A stretch of 61,250 nucleotides of DNA, the filler included, from Squatina squatina (taxonomy: Eukaryota), in assembly GCA_031763465.1 (NCBI GenBank). It is 3 parts of 3 records of this genome, joined end to end, with 100 filler letters (N's around TTAATTAATTAA, not from the genome) between each part and the next. Parts side by side here need not be neighbours in the genome. Positions count along the whole stretch, not along the records: positions 45,611 to 61,250 come from JARFOE010000080.1; 2 more parts are not named here. One strand, 5' to 3'. Shown here in pieces: positions 49,060-58,893 of this stretch; position 1 is the stretch's first letter, and each line of letters starts with the position of its first letter. The notes beneath the pieces were generated by a model. That model was not told the DNA's origin. It made no database searches and was given only the letters and a program-made list of their open reading frames with translations. The translations under genes were made by a program, and so were the position numbers.

Positions 49060-49740
49060 GCAAAGCCTCAGATACATGTATTCAGTAGGTCACAGCTGTC
49101 TTGGTGAAGTGAAGTTCACAATACCTATTTCTCTAAAATCAGGAGCAGAAAAATCATACACAATAATATTTTTCTAATCGTGTTATATCCCCACAGGTCT
49201 TGAGCATAATTGATGGCACATATGTTACCTTCCCTAGTGAAGCTAAATAGGATTTCACTGAATTAGCATGTAGGTGGAGTGCAATATAAAACATGTCACA
49301 AATGTATTTGTAGACTACCCTTGATACAGCTGTAACTCATCACTCAATAGGAACTAACATCTTTAAAACTGGTTGGTGGACAATAGTGTCTATGGACTGA
49401 AACCATGACTAGTACCATCTGTTCAAAAACTACACATGCATGCAGAGGAGAGTTACAAACAAGTGCATCAAAACAAATGTTCTATAATTGTGATGACAGT
49501 TGGGATATTAAAAATATATGTTAAAGATGTTCCAATCTGCCTGGTAGTGCATTATAATATGTACCTCTGAAGGACTGCCATGTATTTTTTTGGCATGCAT
49601 TGGCTGGTTTAATATTGCCATCTGCCAAGGGATCATGGCTGCATCACTTTTGTACCTTAAAGATGGAGATAGTGGACACATATCATCCTGATAAAGCAGG
49701 CAAGGCTCTGAAGGAATCTAGACATTGCAGCCAATTCAGT
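49060..49740 (+). pseudogene. Fossil PIF/Harbinger (HARBI1-like, DDE_Tnp_4) transposase
   Basis: Motifs appear in order across stops and frameshifts: CIQ*VTAVLVK*SSQYLF; PQVLSIIDGTYV (GAIDGTHV-like); GFH*ISM*VECN..VTNVFVDYP; WLVDNSVYGLKP*LV..HAEESYKQVHQNKCSIIVMTVGILK (WLLGDSGYPLKPWLMTP..AEERYN..H..TR..IERTFGxLK-like); ACIGWFNIAICQG; AGKALKES..IAANS. Confidence 0.8.
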
Positions 49741-50109
49741 TCAGCAGTGCTTTTCCTAACATAAGTGCTTGAACAACTTCCAAGCAGTAAAGAACTATGC
49801 AACCCAGGCAGTAAGGTTAGCAGTCATCACCCCATCTAGTATAGATTGCAAAAATGCATGGAGGATGAGAAAGTTTTGCATCAGAGTGAAATAACAAGGA
49901 TCAGACTGGTAAGCGGAGACTATCTCATCTGTGTACTTTGTATTCTGAGGGTGACGAAGCTTTGAAAGTTTCACTGAGTAGCACAGCTTTGAATGTCATT
50001 GGTTCTCTGAGGAACTCATTGAATATATATGCTGCATGCTGAACTGTGACCTATCTCTGGAACTCTGACTACCATCTGAGTGAAAGTGAGAACAATTGTT
50101 ACATTTTGG

Positions 50110-50448
50110 GATAAAAACAGAAAAAGCTGGAAAACCTCAGCTGGTTAGGTGGATAGCATCTGTGGAGAGAAAAACAAAGTTAGCATTTCAGGTCGATGAC
50201 CCTTTGTCAGAATTGGAAAAAAGTAAGAAATGTAACAGGTTTTTAAGCAAGTACAGGGGCAGGGAAAGGGAGGAGGGGAGGAAAGAAAAAAACGGGAGTA
50301 ATGGAAGGCAGGAGATCCTGAGAGACAATAAGAGATGGTGCAAGAAAAAAGGAGATAGTAATGGGCAAGGTAAGAAACAAGAGATGTAAATTGGGAAGGA
50401 GCAACTGCCATGGGATGGGGGACGGGGGTGACCAAAGGTGGGGGGCAG
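50110..50448 (-). mobile_element. Penelope-like element 3'/terminal region with a degenerate hammerhead motif
   Basis: The minus strand has a pyrimidine-rich tract followed by TTCTGACAAAGGGTCATCGACCTGAAATGCTAACT..TCTCTCCACAGATGCT..CTGAGGTTTTCCAGC. The terminus is repeated at 41415-41490. Confidence 0.6.
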
Positions 50449-50548
50449 NNNNNNNNNNNNNNNNNNNNNNNNNNNNNNNNNNNNNNNNNNNNNNNNNNNN
50501 NNNNNNNNNNNNNNNNNNNNNNNNNNNNNNNNNNNNNNNNNNNNNNNN

Positions 50549-50690
50549 GAGAGATTTTTGTTAACTAAAGGTTATGGGATATGGGGCAAAGGTGGGTAAA
50601 TGGAGTTAGTTCACTGATCAGCCATGATCTCATTGAACAGCGGAACAGGCTTGAGGGGCTAAATGGCTTGTTTCTATTCCTTTGTTCCTC
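50549..50690 (+). mobile_element. CR1 LINE 3' end
   Basis: RFLLTKGYGIWG.., then GATCAGCCATGATCTCATTGAA..GGAACAGGCTTGAGGGGCTAAATGGC. Confidence 0.85.
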
Positions 50691-51570
50691 AGCCATCTGA
50701 AAAGTGGCCTGACCCAATGTCGGGTCGGACATCTTTGAGGCACCCTTGGGACATAGGCCATTGTTCCTCGATATTGGCTCGTGTGACACCCATTTTACAT
50801 TTGCATTATTATCGACTTGTTTCAAACTATTTAGGTTTGAATCCGCTATTATGGAATTTTAACAAGAGTTAAATAAAGTATATTTTTTAGGTTATTAGTG
50901 CATGTTCTGTGCTGCTGTTGCCAATGCTAGACTAGTGCATGATCATGATGATGAGTTTTCAATCTGACTTGTCCCTTTAAAGCCATCGCTCTTAATGGGC
51001 AAATTTGTAGCTCCTGCTGAAGTCTCTCCAAGGCCCATTGTAATTGCATTTAAATTTCATCCTTCACGTCAATGGCTGGATTTGTTCCTTTTTTTTTCCT
51101 TACATTGCTTTGCACAGTAACAAAGGTTAATTTAATTATCATTTTATAAACAAAAGTAAATGTTTTTAGAAGTTTTTGTAAGACTTTTGCAGCATTGAAT
51201 CCTTTAAACCTTACCCTCAGACTTCCCTCTGGAGTTTGCAAGCCACACTTTTTGATTTCATGGAATGGACTACACAACCAAAATTGAAAGCTTTATTATT
51301 AAAATCTTGCATCTAGTGTGCATCCATAGCATGAAACAGCTCAAAAGCATCACACATTAAAGATATCACAGGGTAAATATTCATCTTCACTGCATGGGTG
51401 GTAACCTGGTGGAGCGGAGCACACACCATTATAGAACCCGTCTGATCTTCATTCAGCAACGGACGAAAATTTACCTCATATGTCGGTGAGGCAAAAAATT
51501 GTAATTGGCTCAAATAATCATTATATGGAACATGCTGACTGACTCAAATATCCGATTGACTAAATGTGAA

Positions 51571-51704
51571 CCAATCCATTCATTAGTCAGCTAGGGAAAG
51601 CCACCAATCAACAAGTAGTTACTATCAGAAACCCAACCAATTGAATTGTTAATTATTTCAAAGGTACCATTCACAAAGCAGCACACACCACAAAATCAAC
51701 CAAT
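51571..51704. promoter_or_regulatory. Phased CCAAT-box array (candidate NF-Y cluster)
   Basis: CCAAT starts at 51571, 51604, 51637 and 51700, with a degenerate CCATT at 51667. Spacings are 33, 33, 30 and 33 bp. Confidence 0.4.
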
Positions 51705-53724
51705 CCAGTTACTCAAACAATGTGCTTCAAGTCTTTAGAGTGCCCTTGTTGTTTCCTCTCTCACCTTGGTACATATCCCTAAAAATTCCCACAAAATATA
51801 TAGATCAGAAATGTCACCATTCTGCAACCAACTTACCTATGAAGTTAGGCATTGCATGTTTTACATGCTTCTACGAAGTTTCCATGCTGAGGCCTTGCCT
51901 TTTCTATGCAGCTGGGGACTAGAATTCTGCTGTCTTCTGAAAGCTTTGATTCAACAACTTCCGTAGCCCGGACAGGAAACTCTGCTCTAGTGGTCACATG
52001 ACACCTGTCAGCAAACCAGCACAGAAATCAACCAGTCGCATGCAACTTTCATTTTATTTCTGCCTGATTTTACTTTACTTAATACAACTTGTAATAATCC
52101 AAAGAAATTTCAATGTACAGAGATCCATAGCAACTGAGTTATTTTGTAAAATTCATTTACTAAAAGTGAAATGTACATGGCTAATGTAAAGTTTTAAAAT
52201 ACCTGACAATGTCTGTTCAATTTTCATTAACATGACATTGAGTTTGCAGTCGCTTTTCCTGTTCTGGCTAGGAGAATGTGGGCATCACCGGAAAGTAGAT
52301 AATGCTTTAAGAAATATATCGGTGGAAGCAATATTTACGCATTTCAACTGTTATTGGCCTGCCAAATCTATCCATATATCATTGTTTTGCTGATAAAATA
52401 AAAGGAGAGTTATTGTTGAGAGGCTAGCTTTCCAAATAAATGCAGCATTATTGAGGTGCTTTCAATGTGCGTAAATGACTCTGAAAACAATCAGAGCTAT
52501 GACACATATACCAAAATATACTATTCTTTGTTATATTTGTAATAAAACCACAGCCAGCAAGTATAGTATCAGGGCAAGACTTCTCAACTAAGCACCAGTC
52601 ATTGTTTCTCCATGTCATTAATTGCTCTGGTACTGGTGCAGTACAATTACTAATTACTGACGTCTAGCTAACGTAGTTCAGTAATACAAAAAGATGTAAA
52701 GCATAAAAATGTCAGCCAATGCAGAACAGCAGTGGGAATAGGATGGCTCAGCATTTCTGCTTTATTTGTACACGATACCTGTGGTAGGATTGGTTATTGT
52801 CCGAAGCATTGTGGGAAAATGTGGTTTGATCATTTACATCCATCACGTTGATAAATGGAGAAGAAAGAAAGCAAACATTAATCAGACACAACTGTGAATC
52901 TGGGAAGTAGTGAATTAATTAGTTAATGCTAATGCAAGATACACAGGCTTAGCAATAGTGAATTACATCAGCAATCAAAGATTAAAAGAGATCATCAAAT
53001 CTGTGTTGCAATCACACTGAAGTGTATTTGTGATGGAAACCACAATATTACAACCCCAGGCACTTCTATTTGAACAGCATTTGTGAATACAGAGCCTGCA
53101 TTTATGTATGTCCATAATAATTAAGATTAAGATTTAAGTTTTCATGGAACAGGAAACAAGAGAATATTTTGTCGATAGCTTTTGAAATAAAGCAGCTCCA
53201 CTTTGTTGTATTTCTTGTACAATCATTTCTCACAGATTATTTTCTTGTGCGTGCATTGCAAAATTCACATTGACCTTCTGGGTACAGTTTGGGTACAAAA
53301 ACTATTAAACTGATTTATTGGCACATTAACATTACACTAAATAAACAGTTAACTATCCATAACAACTCCACTCAATAAAAAATAACCTTGACGACACCAG
53401 CTGTTACATACATTGAGTCACGATGTTGATCTGAAACAAAGGACTGTTGAGGACATAATTCTAAAATATCTTTGATGCTATTGGTTTGTTAATGTCTCGG
53501 ATTAAGTAAGTTTATTTTCACCTTTCAATCCTTTGTTCATTAAGAATTATATATGGATACAGCATTTATATATAGATACAAATAGATAGAAATTAATAAA
53601 CTGTCACTCTTTTATCATTAATTGNNNNNNNNNNNNNNNNNNNNNNNNNNNNNNNNNNNNNNNNNNNNNNNNNNNNNNNNNNNNNNNNNNNNNNNNNNNN
53701 NNNNNNNNNNNNNNNNNNNNNNNN

Positions 53725-53886
53725 CTGCCCCAGTTCCGCCTGGGAGCGCGGCCTACATCGCTGTGTCTCACCCCCGCCATGGAACTGCGAATTCCTTGGC
53801 AGGCGGCAGATTTCGGGAGCCAGTGCGAAAAATGCCGGCTCCCGCCTGCTACCGCCCCAGAAGCACCCCAACTAAATTTTGCACCC
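53725..53886. mobile_element. GC-rich DNA-transposon end (Harbinger-type)
   Basis: CpG-rich block ending abruptly at AAATTTTGCACCC, similar in style to the GAATTTAGCCCC terminus at 31887. Confidence 0.45.
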
Positions 53887-54496
53887 TTGATCTTTTACAA
53901 ATGCTGCATTCTTTTGTAAATTTCCAACTAACGCATTTCATCTTTTTAGCTCATCGGCTTCTATCAAAGTTAAACTTCTGTTTGACCTTCTTTTAATGAG
54001 CATCACAGGCCTTTTCACAATATGAAGTCCATACTGCAGCCCTATTGAGAATATCTGCTGTCGGTTGCGATTACTGCTTTCTGAGGAACAGTAGCAGACT
54101 AAAACCAGCAGATAGGCGAAGCCCCTGCCCATGGAATGTAACAGATGGAGAAGGTCACATCATTGTATGTTCTTGATCTGACCTTGTGCTGCGGCTTTAA
54201 TTATTTATGTGCTGTAATTTTTTTTCTGCCAAAATTATTCAGCCTTTGAAGCCTTGTGCTCTGGGATTCAGCATTTCAAGTCTCAGAGATCACACTTGTG
54301 TTTTTTTAAAACTATGAAGGCAGGGTTGTAATTTAATAAAGAAAAGGGCATTAAATAATTCCACAACAGAGGCGGCACGGATAACTATCACTTGCATTTA
54401 AGCTTTCATCCAGCCGAGAAAAAGTGGATGAAAGACCCTTCTCACTTTTTTGGCTATAAGATTTGCATTTTGTCATTTTACTCAAAGCATTGTGAA

Positions 54497-55951
54497 GGGG
54501 AAATTCAGTAGCGCCCCATTTGGGGCCTTAATTTTTTAGGGGGCCCAAATGGGCCAGATGCGCTGGTCTACTTTAGACTCGAAACAGGCGTAAGTGGAGT
54601 TACGCCCGTTTGGGCGTAAGTAGATTGCGTGTCGACATTGGGGTGCCCCCAGCATAGGCCTCTGCTGGGTGCAGCAGCAGACATGCTGGGGACACAGGTT
54701 TCGCCGTCAGGTTGCCGGGATGACGTCATCATCCGGCGCCATGCCCGAGATGCGCCTGGCCCCGTGATTTGGGCTGCGCCGACTTTTACCTGACGCAGCC
54801 CACCTCCGTGATCCCGTTGGCGGCACACATTAAAGGGGCAGGTGCAGCCACCATGTTCATTGTCGGGAATTTAACGGCAGCAGTGTTGGAGCAGCTGCTG
54901 ATAGTCGGAGGTGAGGCCCTCCAACACCATAGAGTTGTTTCTGGTGTGGGGTCAATTTGTTATGGGACAGTGAGGCTGTGAAAAGGTTTGTGAGTTAAAT
55001 TTGACACCCATTTACAGGAGTCTCAACATTTCGGGGGCTGGCGCTGGCTTCTGTAGCGGGAGGGCAATTAGAAACAGCGAGTTTGCTGGAAGGGATCCAT
55101 TGAGGTGGAGAATCCAGTCACTGCTTTAAGTATGGATGCTGTTTTAGCATACCATTTGGAGAAGTAGCAATATTGAAGGAGGCTGCAGGCTCGGAGGCAT
55201 GCGCCTCCACCACAGCAGAGGGCCACTAGGGATTGCCTAATGAGAGGAGGTATGAGCAGGCAGCTGGCCATGAAGATGGGCATGGGCAGGCACAAGAAGA
55301 TGTGGCTCGCAGGAACCATGCAAGGGAAGCTAGGGCAGATTTGATTAGAAACAGATTCAGTTGAGAACAGCAGTATTACAGAGGGCATGATAGCTCATGT
55401 ATGAGCAGGCTGCAACGTATCAGTCTCACCCTCCTTCAACCCCCACAGATATCAACAATAGCCATTAAGTAAAGGAAAACATGTACCGACATAACATCAC
55501 GTTACATCACACAAGCACAAGTTGTCACCCCCTTGTGCTTCAATTTGTTTGTTTGGTTCAGTCCTAATGTTATGCCTTGCCTCAGTGGTGCAGATGTGGG
55601 TGAAACNNNNNNNNNNTAGGAGCAGTCTGCAGCGAATCTGGAACTGTAGCAACAGATGCCCCATTGATGAGGCCTTGCGGAGCTTTCAGCCTTGATGGGT
55701 CAGCAGTAGGCAGCCAAGGCTGAAGGGGTGGTTCTGCAGGATTGGGTGCGATGCTCACAAGCATCATCTGGGTCACTGAGGGCGGGCTGCTGTCATGCTC
55801 AGGAACACTGCCATGCTGAGGCAGGGAAGCAGGGTGCTGCTCAGGTTCGTCACAGCATTCCTACGAGTTGCAACATCAACATCTAAATCCATGGAAGTGC
55901 AGACGTCTTGCTCTATGTGTGACAGTGGTATGATGTTAGTGTGTCCTCCTG
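54497..55951 (+). mobile_element. Internally deleted PIF/Harbinger element
   Basis: Terminus GGGGAAATTCAGTAGCGCCCC. The transposase-like start MDAVLAYHLEK*QY*RRLQARRHAPPPQQR (55132) runs straight into a C-terminus GLPNERRYEQAAGHEDGHGQAQEDVARRNHAREARADLIRNRFS* (ends 55364). A convergent Pro/Ala-rich frame lies on the minus strand at 55582-55950. Confidence 0.6.
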
Positions 55952-58436
55952 NNNNNNNNNNNNNNNNNNNNNNNNNNNNNNNNNNNNNNNNNNNNNNNNN
56001 NNNNNNNNNNNNNNNNNNNNNNNNNNNNNNNNNNNNNNNNNNNNNNNNNNNGGAGGGAGGGGGGGGAGAAAGCTGAGGGAGAAGGGATGGACTGCAAGAA
56101 GGGTGTGGTGAGAGAAGTTGTGGGGGAGAGAGAGGAGGGAGTTAAGGACGGAGAGAGGGAAACTAGAGGGGAAGTGAGCTATGGGAAGGTAGGTGAACAG
56201 AAGAATTCCAAGGTCTGATGGTGGAACACAATGGGAGATAGATAGGCTGGAGTGGAGGGGTGATGAGAGAACCCAGAGACCGTAAATGGGATTGGGCTAA
56301 TGAAAGAAGCAAAATTAAATCAAAAACATTTACAAAAATGAATAACAAAAAAATTCTTAAACTGAAAAGTTAGAGAAAAACCTAAGTAGGGCCTAATTAT
56401 NNNNNNNNNNCTAAGGTGAAAATGACATGGCATCTCATGTGGCACAAGCATTTCAGCAATATACTCCCAGGCACCACCCATTGGCCAGGGCCGACAACTG
56501 CATCCAGACTGAAAGTCCCTGAAAAGCTTTCTGTTACAGGCTGTCACATTTTTAATAGGATTTCTCCATCAACATAAGGGCAGCATCAACAGAGGTGTGG
56601 ACACAATGGGGTAGAGTTTCTGATCGGTTGCACTGTTCTTTTTTGGCGCAATTTGCTTGAAATAGATTGTGAAACTTTAAGCGCCCATTCCGTTCAGTGC
56701 AAATCGAATTTTTGGGATGTTTTGCACTAGTTTAAAAAGCGGGGTGCTGGAAGCAGACCAAGCCTCAAAACTGGCCACTCCTCCAGGGTGAATTAATCAC
56801 CATTGGCTGTTTCCACTAATTGTGCTCATTTGCAAAATTTCAAGGAGGCTCTAAAAATTAAGCTGGTTCTTTTTGGCACAAGGACACTATTGGAACATTC
56901 TAAAAGCTTTTGAATGCATTTTTAAAAAAATGTACTGACTACTGTACCCCAATATGACCAGCAAATGGTTTTATATATTTAAAAATATCATTTTCAGTAA
57001 TTTAAAACTGGGTTACTCACAGGTGGTATCTGAGACACTGTGATTAAAAATGCTTAATTTTAATTTTCAGCTGAATTAATCAAACTGCATCAAGTTAACT
57101 CTCTTAAATATATCAAGGAAAACTTTCTGAAGCAATTTTTTTTTCAAAATCTTCTCGAGACCCTCGCATTGAACTGCCACATGCTTCTCGGAAAACAGGT
57201 GAAACTGACAAATTAAGTAGAAAGTGAGAAATGGCAGGCTAAAATGTAGCTTCAATGGTGTCCTCATATAACTGTTTAACATGCTTGTATCAAATTCCTC
57301 TCTGCAATTTTAACAGGGTTGTTAACTTATTTAGGACAAACTAAAATAATGGAGAAATAAATTTGATGCATTAACCAGTCACACAGCAACATTGCCAAAA
57401 ATAATTTCCAAGCTGACAATACCTGTAGCCAATTAAATATACTGTAAATGGGTTTCAATAAAAAACACAACCGTACAAGAACAAAAGTAACATTCAAACA
57501 GCAAAATGAAGCTGCATAATAAAAGAAATAACTCTGTACCAAATGACAGATGAGACAGAGCATTAACACCTGAAACACATGACACAGTACAAAATCAGCA
57601 ATAAACTATGTACTACCAAACAATATGAAACAAATGAGAAGTCAGGATGAATCATAAACATTGAAGATATGCTAAAGGTATTCTTTATTAAATGACTCAA
57701 AGAAGAAATAGCTTAAAGCCATCTACAAACATTAGGGCTGTAAAAACATGGGGCTCTTAATGCACAGCCGTGAGTGGAATAGCAACGTGAACCTGCTGCC
57801 ACAGTTCCGGAATGGATCCTAGGGAAATTGAGTAAGGAATGTTTTATTAAAAGTGTGAGTGTGGAACATGTCGCACATAAAAGCACCCGCGATATTGAAA
57901 AATTGTTATACGGAATTAATATGGAGATCTTAGCTATAGATGTCATGAAGACAACTTGAAACACCGATTTGAATAAAAACCCAGCAAAGGAAATTTTAGA
58001 TTTAAAGAAAATAATGTAAAGTTATAAATTCAAAAAATGGCAAGCAGATAGCAATAAAGTCAGACGCTTAAAAAAACAAATGCTACAAAAGATAACACTA
58101 ATACAGTGGAGATTTCTGCATTATTAAAGGATGTCAAAATGCTTGCTGGATGAAATAAAAATGAGAAAAGCGGATACACAAGTGGAATCCTAACTCCCGA
58201 AGCAACATCTAAACAATTGAATCGAAGCCTAAAGACAGCAGAACATGTTGGAAACTTACTGCTAAGAAAACAATTGCTTGAACAAAAATCAAATAAAAAT
58301 GAAGATATCAAACTAACAGTATACAATAACCCATAACTGCAGGGTGGGGCTACAAGAAAAATAGATCAATGGTTGGAGAATTGAAGAAAATTAACTCAGA
58401 GCAGAAAAACTATAGAAACACCCGAGGGGTCTCATA

Positions 58437-58893
58437 GGGCCGAAACTCCCTTGCCCAGTGTTCCTGACGCTAAACACAAAATGTCCACCCCATTAGCGCC
58501 CGCTGCCGACTCCCAGAGAAATTTGTAAATTTGCATTGCAGGCACTGATGGTCTCCATGGGGCATTGGAGGGGTGCTCTTGCTCACCTGGTAGCGAATTT
58601 CACGTGATTTCATGAATCACTAATCAGCTTCTACTCCATTGCGGCATTTGAAGGGAAGGTGGCTGCTGCCTTCGGCTGCTCTCTCTGCTCAGAATCTTGC
58701 CTGCTGACAACAGCAAACACTAAGCCAATTACTTCTTCATCCTCGCAACTATCTCACCGCTTCAGCGATGTGGCATTGGAAACCTTGGGTGTGGTGGAGG
58801 CATGGAGGGGGTAGCTGTACTTCCTCCCACTCCGGAAGAAGGCCAGCACCAAATTGGTTCCGTGGTCTATGGCAAGCCATAGCCACAGATGTG
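58437..58893 (+). mobile_element. Harbinger-type element end with a Myb/SANT-like gene start
   Basis: Terminus GGGCCGAAACTCCC. From 58758 it reads RFSDVALETL..VEAWRG*LY/SGRRPAPNWFRGLWQAIATDV, homologous to the 31564 and 37815 copies. Cut by a gap. Confidence 0.65.
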
